From the IMG/VR virus record IMGVR_UViG_3300025617_000030, positions 1 through 54,353 of that record: a stretch of 54,353 nt of DNA; one strand, written 5' to 3'. This DNA is from a virus. Lineage: Duplodnaviria > Caudoviricetes. Both the position numbers and the translations under genes were made by a program. Within the stretch, counting starts at the first letter, position 1; each line of letters opens with the position of its first letter. The notes below the pieces were generated by a model. It was not told the DNA's origin and ran no database searches. It worked only from the letters and a program-made list of their open reading frames with translations. Below, one piece after another: positions 15,700-25,479 of the stretch.

Positions 15700-17701
15700 A
15701 TTTCTCCAACATGCGCCAGAGATTATCACGACTGTGTGGTGAATCATCACTCTGTAGAACTGCAGGGCTCTGATTATTACCTTGACTACCAGTAAAGTAG
15801 TTATTATTCACAATAGGTTGTTGCTGACCGAATGCGTTACGCATATCTTCAAGTGAGTTACTCATCATGTTGATTCGATCTGCTGCCATCTCGTAATCAT
15901 TCATATCCAACCGGTTGATCTTCGTTGTTCCATCCTTAATCGCAGATGAGAAACGGCGATAACCACTACCTGCGCCTGCAAGGTCAATCATAGCAAAGCG
16001 AGCAAGCGAATCAGTAAGCTTGTTGAATCCTTCTAGCTTGGTTGCATCGATTTCTTCAAGCGGCTTTAGATTCTTAACCATCTTTTCGAAGATCGTATCA
16101 TCATTCTCTGTACCAAAGATCGCATCAAAGACCTTCGCTACCTGATCACCGATAGCACCAAGACCCTGTGCACCGAGTAGACCTACCATTGCAGGCCCAA
16201 GCAGTGCAAGTGCAGGAACAACCTTCATAAGATTTTCACCGTCAAGTCCTTCAAGCTCTTTCAGTCCGAGTGCGAAGTTCTTGATGATTGGCACAGCACC
16301 GGATCCGTCAACACCAATTGCACCGGCAAGATCACCGATACCAGCGAAGCCAGCAAAGAAGGCTGAGATCCCGGCACCGATTGCTCCCATACCGATAGTA
16401 AACTTTGCAAGTGCAGCTGGACTCGTGACCATACCTACAATACCGCCTGCAGACATCAGAACACCTAACGCTGTCATTGAGTCTTGATCAAGGTAGCTAA
16501 CTGACTCAGCAAATCCTTTGACTGCTTTTTGTACCCCGGTAAAGTCAGCACCTAGAGCAGCGATACCATCAATAGCAGCGAACGGTGCTAGGAACGCAGT
16601 GATACCCAGACCCATTGCACCCATACCCATCACGAATGATGCTTTTTGCTTTGCGGTAGTAATCTTACCGAGGATCGCACCGGCACCGAACAATGCAAGA
16701 AGTGTTGCACCTGACTTAGCGTCTAGGTTACCTACTGCAGCCGAGAATCCTTTTGTAGCCTTCGCGATACCACTAAAGTCGGCGCCAAGCCAAGTAAGTG
16801 CCGCATCACCAGCACCGAGTCCTACAAAGAATGCAGCAATACCAGCGCCGATAGCACCAATACCAATAGCGAATGATGCAGGGTTACGACTTAGAATCGC
16901 AGCGATTCCGCCTGCACTTATGATACCACCGAGTGCGGCCATTGCTTCAGGCTTCAGTGAGAGGATTGCATCAGAGAATCCGGTCATTGCTGCTTTGAGT
17001 TTTGGAAAATTAAAGTCTGCGTTTAGCCACTTGAGTCCATGTTCACCAAGACCAAGTGCGCCAAAGAAAGCAGGAATTGCAGCACCTAGAGCAGCGATAC
17101 CAGTAGCACCGCGTGTGCCACCAATTGCACCAAGTCCCATGATACCGCCAAGGACAACGAACGTATCCTTTGGCAACGAGAGAATCATATCAGAAAAACC
17201 TATCGCAGCCTTCTTAATATTTTCGTAGTTGTAACTTCCGTCTAACCAACCAAGTGCTTTATCACCAGCAGACAACGCGCCGAAGAACGCAGGGATAGCA
17301 GCACCAAGTAATGCAATACCACCGACACCCTTTAAAGCAGCTGCACCTAGAGCACCAATCGCAGCGAGGGCTCCTATACCACCTATATTACCAAGTGAGA
17401 ATCCTTTACCAGATCCGCCGCCTGTTTTAACACCGCCTGCCTTTGAGATCTTTTCAAGGGCTGCAATCATCTTTTCATCACGGGCTTTACGCTCACGACG
17501 TTCTTCTTCATCTAAGGAATTATTTGCTTCAGGTGGTTTGGCAAGGATCTTTACCATTTCCTCGACACGGAACATAGACTTCTTTATCTCGAGAAGATGC
17601 CTACGAGAGTTACGACCATCGCGTTCTATCTCATATATCGAGTTAGCCGAGCGTTGGTTAACTTCTTTCAGTTCTTGGATCAGATCACTTAGTTCTGCCA
17701 T
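15698..17701 (-). CDS. Tape-measure-like / baseplate hub protein (T4 gp29 position)
   Basis: N-terminal coiled coil, then recurring Ala/Gly-rich hydrophobic units (GAAIPAFFGAL, GAGIAAFFVGL, GAGISAFFAGF); follows gp26. Confidence 0.65.
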   Translation of the reverse strand: MAELSDLIQELKEVNQRSANSIYEIERDGRNSRRHLLEIKKSMFRVEEMVKILAKPPEANNSLDEEERRERKARDEKMIAALEKISKAGGVKTGGGSGKGFSLGNIGGIGALAAIGALGAAALKGVGGIALLGAAIPAFFGALSAGDKALGWLDGSYNYENIKKAAIGFSDMILSLPKDTFVVLGGIMGLGAIGGTRGATGIAALGAAIPAFFGALGLGEHGLKWLNADFNFPKLKAAMTGFSDAILSLKPEAMAALGGIISAGGIAAILSRNPASFAIGIGAIGAGIAAFFVGLGAGDAALTWLGADFSGIAKATKGFSAAVGNLDAKSGATLLALFGAGAILGKITTAKQKASFVMGMGAMGLGITAFLAPFAAIDGIAALGADFTGVQKAVKGFAESVSYLDQDSMTALGVLMSAGGIVGMVTSPAALAKFTIGMGAIGAGISAFFAGFAGIGDLAGAIGVDGSGAVPIIKNFALGLKELEGLDGENLMKVVPALALLGPAMVGLLGAQGLGAIGDQVAKVFDAIFGTENDDTIFEKMVKNLKPLEEIDATKLEGFNKLTDSLARFAMIDLAGAGSGYRRFSSAIKDGTTKINRLDMNDYEMAADRINMMSNSLEDMRNAFGQQQPIVNNNYFTGSQGNNQSPAVLQSDDSPHSRDNLWRMLEK

Positions 17702-17702
17702 T

Positions 17703-17855
17703 TTACTTTACCTGTTGTTTAATCCTGTCGTTTTGTTCTTCAACATGCTGTATCAGGAGTGCGACGTAAATATCTCTTTCCCACGGCAACATTGCCTCAA
17801 TCTCTGTTAGCGAATATTTGTGATGCTGCATCATCGCAAAGTTCGTACGGAACAT
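17703..17855 (-). CDS. Small baseplate/tail assembly ORF (MFRTNFAMMQHHKYSLTEIEAMLPWERDIY...); possibly the C-terminal part of a frameshift fusion; not in the ORF track
   Basis: Hand-translated, 50 aa; HHKYSLTEIE..PWER motif is typical of the ORF after gp26 in T4-like phages. Confidence 0.75.
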   Translation of the reverse strand: MFRTNFAMMQHHKYSLTEIEAMLPWERDIYVALLIQHVEEQNDRIKQQVK

Positions 17856-17881
17856 TGCCTCAAGTGTGTTGTGGGAAAGAG

Positions 17882-18592
17882 CTATCCGAAAAAATCGGCC
17901 AAACCTTCCAGCACCATATCATTTGATGATCCACATTTTGTGCAGTCAAACTTTACTTCTTCGCTCATCTTCGGGAACTCACCAAAGAATTCCTGTACCT
18001 TTTCAAATTGTTCCTTGCTTAATGATTCAAGGAACTCAAGTAGTTCTTGTGGTGTATGATCCTTTGCATCATACACGTTCTCGGCATCCCAAATAGAATC
18101 AATCGATGATGCAATCAATCCAAGCATGATATCAACCGTGCTGTCACCTGCGTCTTTCATCATACGTTCAACAGTATGAACTGTTGGGAATCGCATCTTA
18201 ATACCGACGTCATCAGAGACCTGAACCTTTGCTTCAGCCTGTGGGTTACCTTTTAATTTAATCTGGTCAAGGTTAATTGTGACCTCATTCTTCTCTTGGC
18301 ACTTACTACATTCCAAAAGAACTGTCGATGTCTCACCAACCGACTTTGCACGAATCTTAAGAAAAATATACTCAAGGTCGTACATCGCTAGCTTGTTAAT
18401 GTCTAGCTTATTAAATGTACATGTCTCAATGATATCACGAATAACTTGCGTGATCTGATTCATGTCCTGTGTTTCGAGAACCGTCAGAAGAACCTTTTCT
18501 TCTTTGACAACAAACGGTCTGTATTTAATTGTCTCTCTGCTCGAGGGTACTTCCAATTCATAGGTTGCTGTATTCAGCACTGGTAAAGCCAT
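17882..18592 (-). CDS. gp26: Baseplate hub assembly protein, T4 gp26-like
   Basis: MALPVL..YELEVPS..IKYRPFVVKEEKVLL, IFLKIRAKSVGE, two CxxC pairs, ends LADFFG. Confidence 0.85.
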   Translation of the reverse strand: MALPVLNTATYELEVPSSRETIKYRPFVVKEEKVLLTVLETQDMNQITQVIRDIIETCTFNKLDINKLAMYDLEYIFLKIRAKSVGETSTVLLECSKCQEKNEVTINLDQIKLKGNPQAEAKVQVSDDVGIKMRFPTVHTVERMMKDAGDSTVDIMLGLIASSIDSIWDAENVYDAKDHTPQELLEFLESLSKEQFEKVQEFFGEFPKMSEEVKFDCTKCGSSNDMVLEGLADFFG

Positions 18593-18601
18593 AATAATCT
18601 C

Positions 18602-19240
18602 CTATAGGGCGTTCGTCAATACATTAGCTGCGATTCCGACTGCTGACCCTGCGAAGTTTGCTGTTTCCCAATCATCATACGCAAAGTTAACTGTCACTCT
18701 CACAATTTGGTTTTCGTTACTGTTTCCAAGTTCAATAGACGATACCGAGGTAGGGAACGCGCGCTTGAGTCGGCAAGTATAGATCGGTACATGTTGATCG
18801 TTTAGTTGCTGAATGTAAGCGTCGACGGTGTAGTCATTTTTGAACTTCAGTGTTTTATTTGCGGTATCTACGATTTGCTCTTGCCATGTAGTAAACAACT
18901 TTTTGATGTAGTAGTCACCTGTCAAGAGAAATGTAAATGAGACTTCGTCGTTGATATAAGCATATGGTTGCTTGACTGTCTTCATCGACGTAGCATAATC
19001 TGTTGTAGCAATCGTACGACCCGGAAGCTGAGCTGTTTCACAAAGGAGTGAGATCTCACGTGGATCGTTGAAGATCTGCATTGGGTTTGTATTGCCAGAT
19101 GCAATGTTTGATAGAATCGTACCTGCGTTCAAGCTGATGAGAGGTAACGGGATGTACACAGAAAATCGATTTGATTTTGCTACTCCGGTACGTCGACCAA
19201 TCGTCGTCTTGAGTGTATCAATATCCATTGGCAATGCCAT
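18602..19240 (-). CDS. Tail tube initiator / tube-fold protein (gp54/gp19 family)
   Basis: LCETAQLPGRTI, AFPTSVSSIEL, VNFAYDDW; lies between gp2 and gp26. Confidence 0.75.
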   Translation of the reverse strand: MALPMDIDTLKTTIGRRTGVAKSNRFSVYIPLPLISLNAGTILSNIASGNTNPMQIFNDPREISLLCETAQLPGRTIATTDYATSMKTVKQPYAYINDEVSFTFLLTGDYYIKKLFTTWQEQIVDTANKTLKFKNDYTVDAYIQQLNDQHVPIYTCRLKRAFPTSVSSIELGNSNENQIVRVTVNFAYDDWETANFAGSAVGIAANVLTNAL

Positions 19241-19827
19241 TAGATCTTACTCCTAGAATCTTTGTAAACTTGTGTAGCAGTCGCACCCTTGAATCTTTGT
19301 ACTGGTAGAAACAAAGCGATCTCCCATTCTGTTGGCTCAACTTTTGCAATACGTGAATCGACGTGACTGGTAAGATAATGCTTGAAACAAGGCTTAAAGT
19401 ATCTCATCTTTCTTGCACTCTGTAGAAGACTGTACCTAGCCCTCAACCGAGTTGACTCGTCGTATTTGTTATTGCTCATTGTATCCATCAAAGAATCAAA
19501 GAAACGTGCACGTAGATTAGGTGGTAGGTAATGAAGGTTTAATCCATAAAACCCACCAGGAGCACGATCGACCATAATGATCAATGGAAACTGGTCATAA
19601 AAAGGTAGTGTTTCTTTATGCTTAGGATCATAATAAAACATATACATGTCACCCATGCGTGGGCGTGACACCTTTTTAACAGCCTCATCTTTCAGTAGAG
19701 ACTGTCTATTGATGTTCCGCATGTTTTTCACCTGGTTCCGAAACCATTTCATTGATTCGTCGGAACGAGGTTTCACGCCTGCACGGAAAGCTTTGACCTG
19801 TAGGTCTTGAAACAGTGTATTTGCCAT
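19240..19827 (-). CDS. gp2: DNA end protector protein, T4 gp2-like
   Basis: YDPKHKETLPFYDQFPL, GLNLHYLPP, PCFKHYL, WEIALFLP. Confidence 0.9.
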   Translation of the reverse strand: MANTLFQDLQVKAFRAGVKPRSDESMKWFRNQVKNMRNINRQSLLKDEAVKKVSRPRMGDMYMFYYDPKHKETLPFYDQFPLIIMVDRAPGGFYGLNLHYLPPNLRARFFDSLMDTMSNNKYDESTRLRARYSLLQSARKMRYFKPCFKHYLTSHVDSRIAKVEPTEWEIALFLPVQRFKGATATQVYKDSRSKI

Positions 19828-19832
19828 ACTGT

Positions 19833-19840
19833 TATTTATA
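19833..19840 (-). promoter_or_regulatory. Late promoter TATAAATA just upstream of gp2
   Basis: Exact motif in the intergenic gap, 5 nt from the ATG. Confidence 0.75.
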
Positions 19841-19842
19841 CC

Positions 19843-20289
19843 TTATCCTTTGAGGATTTTAATTCCTAATCCACGAAGTGTATCTTCATGCCATATCTGG
19901 AATATATAGCCACGATCTAAAGCGTATGAATTAGCGGCTTCCCATTTGGATTGGTTCTTCACATAGGTCATTACCTCGGTCACATAACGTTTTGTCTTGC
20001 GCTTCGGTTCTTTTGGTGGGACTGTTTCTTTCTTTGGTTTGATCTCGATCAGGTATTTTTTGCCGTTAGCAGCCTTGAAGTACAGGTCAATATAGTAACG
20101 GTGAATACGGTTATCAGTCTTACAGCGGTATGGTATTACCACTTCTTCTGAGTTCCACTCAACAATGTCAGTGTTTTCATCCAGCCAACGAAATGTATTT
20201 CGTTCCCACAGTGATCGAAAGACTACTCTGGTTGGATCACCCTTGTATTTTTGTGGGTTTTTTACTTTGTATTTTCCCTTGTAAGCCAT
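19843..20289 (-). CDS. gp4: Head completion protein, T4 gp4-like (TnsA-like nuclease fold); start revised to MAYKGKY
   Basis: NPQKYKGD, RSLWER, WNSEE, HRYYID, IEIKP, NQSKWEAA. Confidence 0.9.
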   Translation of the reverse strand: MAYKGKYKVKNPQKYKGDPTRVVFRSLWERNTFRWLDENTDIVEWNSEEVVIPYRCKTDNRIHRYYIDLYFKAANGKKYLIEIKPKKETVPPKEPKRKTKRYVTEVMTYVKNQSKWEAANSYALDRGYIFQIWHEDTLRGLGIKILKG

Positions 20290-20296
20290 ATAAATA
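20289..20296 (+). promoter_or_regulatory. Late promoter TATAAATA for the rightward baseplate operon
   Basis: Exact motif at the gp4/gp48 divergence. Confidence 0.75.
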
Positions 20297-20321
20297 ACAT
20301 TAAAGTCTATTGGAGTTGAAA

Positions 20322-21107
20322 GTGCAAAAGTATAAATTCCCATCAAATATTGAGGATCAGCATGCGATTATGCGTCTTTCAATCTTCGAACGGAACAATG
20401 ATCTCATCGAAGGTGATCAGCAGTTTGTTGCTACTAACAACCAGCTTTCGAGCATACTACTATATATGCCCACATCAATTCAGTTCAATGACGGCCTTAC
20501 ATTTGAAAACGTAGATATGTCAAATGTTGTGAGTCTCATCTCAGATGGGATTGATGCAGTACGAGGTGGAGGAATTGGTGATGCAGAAGCACGAGATGCA
20601 TTACCATCTCTACAAACACGTGCTATTTCAAGAGTCGCTGGGTCAGGCGGTGTTTTTGGCGGGCTTTCATCTCAAGCGCTGATTCGTAGTGGACAGGTAC
20701 TCAACCCACGAACTGCACTTCTTTTCCGTGGTCCAATCTTACGACAGTTCTCATTTACCTTTAAGCTAATTCCAAGTGACAAAGGTGAGGCAGATCAGAT
20801 TCAAGAAATCATTAAGACAATTCGTCTGAACTCTTATCCTTCGGTTGATGTGTCTCAGTCAGAATCAGTGTTTAGTTTTCCAAATGTATTTCGCATTTCC
20901 TTTGTCGAGAATCCTAATTCAGAAAGTGGTGTGAATACACTCAAGATGATTAACATTGCTGACACATATTGCACTGCGATTTCGACAAACTATAACCCAA
21001 CGGCAAATGCTTTTTATGAGGGTGGATATCCATCAGAGATTGACTTGACGTTGACATTCCAAGAGACACGTGCTCTGAACCGTAACAGTATCGAGCAGGG
21101 ATTCTAA
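20322..21107 (+). CDS. gp48: Baseplate tail-tube cap, T4 gp48-like (start revised to GTG 20322)
   Basis: LYMP, VLNP..ALLFRGP.LRQFSFTFKLIP, LTLTFQE; GGAG upstream of the GTG. Confidence 0.8.
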   Translation: MQKYKFPSNIEDQHAIMRLSIFERNNDLIEGDQQFVATNNQLSSILLYMPTSIQFNDGLTFENVDMSNVVSLISDGIDAVRGGGIGDAEARDALPSLQTRAISRVAGSGGVFGGLSSQALIRSGQVLNPRTALLFRGPILRQFSFTFKLIPSDKGEADQIQEIIKTIRLNSYPSVDVSQSESVFSFPNVFRISFVENPNSESGVNTLKMINIADTYCTAISTNYNPTANAFYEGGYPSEIDLTLTFQETRALNRNSIEQGF

Positions 21108-21826
21108 TGCGTTATTTCAAGTACTTTCCAAAGATTAAATACGACCTAGATAATAACAAGCAAACACGAGAGATCGTCGATGTTTTTCGTCTAGCTAAAA
21201 TCGTAAATCAAGTTGACGATGATATTTCATTCTATAGACTATACACTATCCAAGAAGGTGAGAGGCCAGATCATGTTTCACAAAATTTATACAAAACTCC
21301 TGATTACTATTGGACGTTTTTCTTTGTTAATTCTAATCTAAAGAATCTCTATATTGACTGGCCGTTGACCTTCGATGAGATGAATAGTAAGATCGAAGAA
21401 GAATACTCAGGTGAGTATTTGAAAGTAGATAGCTATGACCTCTTCGATCAGTTTGTTCTGAATGAAACGATTACTGGTCTTCAGTCAGGCGCAACAGCAG
21501 TTATCACTGACAAGAACCCAACGCTTGGATGGATTCGTATCAAGGATAGAACAGGATCATTCAATAGTGGTGAGCTGATTTTCCAGCAGGTCGGTGATGA
21601 CATCTATAGCATTCAGATTGATTCTACACAAGGTCCATTTAAGTTTGCTCCAGCTCAATATGTCTTTGATGACGAAGTAGTAAATCGTGATACACCGAAT
21701 GCTGCGATCGTCACGTACTCGGATCTTGAGATCGAAAAGAACGATGCGAAACGAGAGATTCGAGTGATTCGTCCTGAGTTTGTTGACTCAGTTAAACGTC
21801 AGTTCAGAGAAGCTATTAATGCCTAG
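21107..21826 (+). CDS. gp53: Baseplate wedge protein, T4 gp53-like
   Basis: YFKYFPKI.Y, GERPD..S..LY...YYW, E..KNDAKREIRVIRP. Confidence 0.85.
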   Translation: MRYFKYFPKIKYDLDNNKQTREIVDVFRLAKIVNQVDDDISFYRLYTIQEGERPDHVSQNLYKTPDYYWTFFFVNSNLKNLYIDWPLTFDEMNSKIEEEYSGEYLKVDSYDLFDQFVLNETITGLQSGATAVITDKNPTLGWIRIKDRTGSFNSGELIFQQVGDDIYSIQIDSTQGPFKFAPAQYVFDDEVVNRDTPNAAIVTYSDLEIEKNDAKREIRVIRPEFVDSVKRQFREAINA

Positions 21827-23111
21827 TTATAAGCCGTCCACCGTACGCGTCTATGATGTTTTTATCGAGTCGCATAACGGTAAGATTCTAAACATCACGG
21901 ATTTATTTTCCTCGATCACGATTAGTGAGAGTCTATGGAATCCTACACTTATCGGTGCAATAGAGCTTATTGACGCTGCAGGCCTGTTGGCTGAGTTGCC
22001 TGTCATTGGCCAAGAGAAAGTATATTTTCAGATCGAGAGAGCCGATGCAGTTTATCAATATGAGTTTAGAACAACACATGTAGAAAAGGTTTTGCACAAC
22101 AACGCATTTACTTTACAATATGTAATTAACCTAGTCGAAGAATCATTCTATAACAATTCAATTCAGTTGGTATCACAAAGCTTTACAGGTCCAATATCAA
22201 AGACAGTCGAGATTATTCACAATGACTTCCTTGAAAAAGACATTGATGTAGAAGCAAGTTCAGGTAACTATAACCTGGTTGTACCGAACTGGAGTCCGTA
22301 CTCTGTGATACGGTGGTGCATGAGACGTGCACGTAACGAAAATAACTCACCTATGATGTTGTTCTCTTCATTATATAACGGTACTCAAATGAAATCAATT
22401 GAGACACTCTTTGAGCAGGATCCATTTGCTGAGTACTATCGTAGTAAAAAGAATGAAGCTGATGTAAATCCACAAAAGATGCAACAAGGAGATTTCCCGG
22501 ACTTCGATGCATTTATGAACTCGGCCTCAGAATTTTATGAACTTGAAGTCGGACCTACTCTTGAGACACTTCATAAGGGTGCGTACGGATCAAAAACACT
22601 TTTAGTTGACACGTCGAAGAAATCATACAATCTGTTTGATTTTAAATACAAGGATCAGCAAGATAAAATCGTAAAGCTGTCAAAAGAAACCGTGATGCCA
22701 GATTCTTTCTCTATCCTTGGTCAGTCAGCAAATGATTTTACCACGACAAAGCAGATGAACTTTGCCCATTCGTCTGGTAGTTTTGATGATGGTTCATTGT
22801 CATATAACAGTGATGTACTTAACACAGAGCCTTTCTTCAACTCATACCTACATACGTTGAATAACTATAGATACCGATTGAAGGTCAACGGTCGATTTGG
22901 TTTAGGTGTAGGTCAATGCGTTGACTTAAACATTACAAAGAATATTCTAAAGACCGCCGAGAACTCTAACATGAGTGATGAGAGACGGTCAGGCAAACAC
23001 ATTATTACAAACCTAAAACATATCATCGTACGTTCAGGTGACAACTACGATTACGCAATGGTGTTTGATGCGGCAAGAGATAGTATGGAGAAACCGATAG
23101 ATGCAGAATGA
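21819..23111 (+). CDS. Probable baseplate hub protein (gp27-like position); start revised to MPSYKP
   Basis: ISESLW, LPVIGQEKV, SGKHIITNLKH; lies between gp53 and gp5. Confidence 0.6.
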   Translation: MPSYKPSTVRVYDVFIESHNGKILNITDLFSSITISESLWNPTLIGAIELIDAAGLLAELPVIGQEKVYFQIERADAVYQYEFRTTHVEKVLHNNAFTLQYVINLVEESFYNNSIQLVSQSFTGPISKTVEIIHNDFLEKDIDVEASSGNYNLVVPNWSPYSVIRWCMRRARNENNSPMMLFSSLYNGTQMKSIETLFEQDPFAEYYRSKKNEADVNPQKMQQGDFPDFDAFMNSASEFYELEVGPTLETLHKGAYGSKTLLVDTSKKSYNLFDFKYKDQQDKIVKLSKETVMPDSFSILGQSANDFTTTKQMNFAHSSGSFDDGSLSYNSDVLNTEPFFNSYLHTLNNYRYRLKVNGRFGLGVGQCVDLNITKNILKTAENSNMSDERRSGKHIITNLKHIIVRSGDNYDYAMVFDAARDSMEKPIDAE

Positions 23112-24441
23112 TAATATGACATGGTTTTTTGGTGTCGTAGAAGATCGTAACGACCCCGAAGAAAAAGGACGTGTTCGCGTTCGTGTCTTTGGTGACCATA
23201 CAGAAGACAAGACTAAGATTCCAACAGAAACTCTTCCATGGGCTCAGGTAATGATGCCGGTGACGTCAGCTTCAATTGGTGGTATCGGTGAGTCCGCAAC
23301 AGGTATTGTTCAGGGATCCTGGGTTGTTGGATTCTACATGGATGGTGATTCAAGACAGTCACCTTTGATTATGGGTACGATTCCAGGTGACTCTAAACCC
23401 ACACGAAACAGTGTTGGATTCGGTGATCCTGATGGTGTACATCCTGTCAGATATGGTGAACCTGATACTCCGTATGCTGCACGAGCTGTGACCTTCATGA
23501 GCCATGCATCATATATCTCAAAGCAGGATACGCGTGTTGAGCAGGTTGAAACAGCGGTTCCTCCACGTGTCACGTCTGTATCACAGGATTATAACGATTC
23601 ATACTATACTCGACCTACATGGGATAGTCCACAACACTATGAAGGATTTGAGCCTAACTATCCATACAATAAAGTCACCGAGACAGAGTCAGGTCACGTT
23701 TTTGAGATCGATGACACACCACTCAACGAACGTATCTCTCAGTACCATAAAGCAGGTACTAACTATGAGATTCAGTCTGATGGTACAAAGCACGAGACAA
23801 TTGTCAAAGACAACTACACAGTTATTTTTGGTGACGATCATGTGTATATCAAAGGTAATGCAAATATCACAGTCGAGGGTGACTTACGTCAGCTGGTAAA
23901 AGGAAATTACCACCTCGAGGTAAATGGCGATAAGACTGAATTGATCCGAGGATCAATACAAAGAAAGATCAACAACTCAGAGCATGCAGAGATCGGCTTT
24001 GAGCGAGCAGTCAATGTCGGCGGAGATGATAAGCTTCGTGTATCGGCTGATCAAACAATCTATGTTGGTAAAACACGTGATGCAACGATAGGTACGACTG
24101 ATGACGTCTATGCCGGTACGTCTGCTATGTTGGCGACAGGAGGTGGGTTAACACTTTATGGTGGTGCCTCGGCTGCATTGAACTCAACAAATACTGTTGT
24201 ATCCGGGTCAGTATCTCTTAACTTAGATTCGATTGCTGCATTGAATATTACGTGTGATAACTTGATGACGATTAACGCTGCGACTGGACCAGGAGGTGTA
24301 CTTGCCGTGAATGCTATCAACGGTACAGTTGCATTTACATCTGGTGACGTAGTTGCAAATAACATTAGTCTTGTTACACATACTCATACTGATACTCCTG
24401 GCCTTGGTGCTGGAGTGACATCTCCTCCAAACGCGGTGTAA
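23101..24441 (+). CDS. gp5: Baseplate central spike, gp5-like; no lysozyme domain; C-terminal HxH
   Basis: GVVEDRNDP..GRVRVR OB fold, LPWA, YPYNKV.ETESGH..EIDDTP..ERI, beta-helix repeats, ISLVTHTH. Confidence 0.88.
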   Translation: MQNDNMTWFFGVVEDRNDPEEKGRVRVRVFGDHTEDKTKIPTETLPWAQVMMPVTSASIGGIGESATGIVQGSWVVGFYMDGDSRQSPLIMGTIPGDSKPTRNSVGFGDPDGVHPVRYGEPDTPYAARAVTFMSHASYISKQDTRVEQVETAVPPRVTSVSQDYNDSYYTRPTWDSPQHYEGFEPNYPYNKVTETESGHVFEIDDTPLNERISQYHKAGTNYEIQSDGTKHETIVKDNYTVIFGDDHVYIKGNANITVEGDLRQLVKGNYHLEVNGDKTELIRGSIQRKINNSEHAEIGFERAVNVGGDDKLRVSADQTIYVGKTRDATIGTTDDVYAGTSAMLATGGGLTLYGGASAALNSTNTVVSGSVSLNLDSIAALNITCDNLMTINAATGPGGVLAVNAINGTVAFTSGDVVANNISLVTHTHTDTPGLGAGVTSPPNAV

Positions 24442-24444
24442 AAT

Positions 24445-25464
24445 ATGACAGAACTAGTATGCGGAAAGAGCATTGATTTTACTGACTTACTGACAGTAAA
24501 GAATGCAATCAAGGTATCATCACTGCTAGGACGATTAGGTACCACATCACTCGTAGCTTCATCGTCGACAGCGACAGGGCTCATCAGCAATTTACAGAGT
24601 GCTATCGATACCGGCGCTCAGATTGCAAGTGGTGATTTCTCGGCTATTACAGGTTTAGCGGGAGAAGAGTACTCATCATATATCTCTGAGCTTCGTGATA
24701 AGTGGGGTGACATATACGATGAGTTTGATGACTACATTGCAGCCATCCCAAGTGCAGAACAGATTATCGCAGGTGCCGAGGTACCTGATATATGTAGTCT
24801 GATACCTAATAAAATTCGTGTCCCAAATGATGATGGTACGTTTGAAGTCATTAGCCTACCACAGGTATCTGCTATTGCAGACGCTGCACCATCTCGTGAG
24901 CAAGCACTGACACGCACCGTTGTTGATAAGGCACAAAATAATTCTGAGAACTCACCTGCTACTGAGCTTACGAGGATTGATGTTATCACTGACTACGAAA
25001 CAAAAGTAGCATTACCGATTAAGAACTATCTGGATTCTTACTTTGTTGGTCTGACTGAGTCACTCATAGATATTAGAAAAACATATGTAGAAGATGAGAA
25101 GTGGCAACAAATACTACAGAAGGCAGCTGATACTGGACTCACACTTGACGAGTTAGATCAGAACGGTTCGTTTACCACTGTCGAGGCGTCATTCTATCGT
25201 GATTATGTTGACAACTACCTCTCTCAGAGTAAGTCATTGTCAGTACGTCGTGCTAAGATTAAAGCGTTAGTGAAGTCATACGAAAAAACCGTGGCTGGTC
25301 GTGTGCCGGCAGATGACTTTAATTTTGAGTATAACAAATATAAAGTCAACGAGAGAGTGTTTAATCCGACTGATGCCGAAGCGCTTGCTAATGCATTAGC
25401 TATTATAGGCGATAATGATGCAGCCGTGATTAATTACTATAAATACTTCAATATCTTAAATTAA
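24445..25464 (+). CDS. Hypothetical protein in the baseplate operon
   Basis: 339-aa ORF between gp5 and gp25; no family recognised. Confidence 0.7.
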   Translation: MTELVCGKSIDFTDLLTVKNAIKVSSLLGRLGTTSLVASSSTATGLISNLQSAIDTGAQIASGDFSAITGLAGEEYSSYISELRDKWGDIYDEFDDYIAAIPSAEQIIAGAEVPDICSLIPNKIRVPNDDGTFEVISLPQVSAIADAAPSREQALTRTVVDKAQNNSENSPATELTRIDVITDYETKVALPIKNYLDSYFVGLTESLIDIRKTYVEDEKWQQILQKAADTGLTLDELDQNGSFTTVEASFYRDYVDNYLSQSKSLSVRRAKIKALVKSYEKTVAGRVPADDFNFEYNKYKVNERVFNPTDAEALANALAIIGDNDAAVINYYKYFNILN

Positions 25465-25466
25465 GG

Positions 25467-25474
25467 TATAAATA
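25467..25474 (+). promoter_or_regulatory. Late promoter TATAAATA upstream of gp25 (second copy at 25438-25445)
   Basis: Exact motif in the intergenic gap. Confidence 0.75.
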
Positions 25475-25479
25475 ACAGT

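Noticed and set aside
16281-17228. Plus-strand Pro/Ala/Ile-rich ORFs (236 aa and 68 aa)
   Set aside because: Antisense shadows of the Gly/Ala-rich tape-measure-like gene; no RBS or recognisable motifs.
19843-20289. TnsA-like nuclease motifs suggesting a transposon
   Set aside because: Sequence and position (next to gp2, divergent from gp48) fit T4 gp4; no terminal repeats or transposase partners seen.
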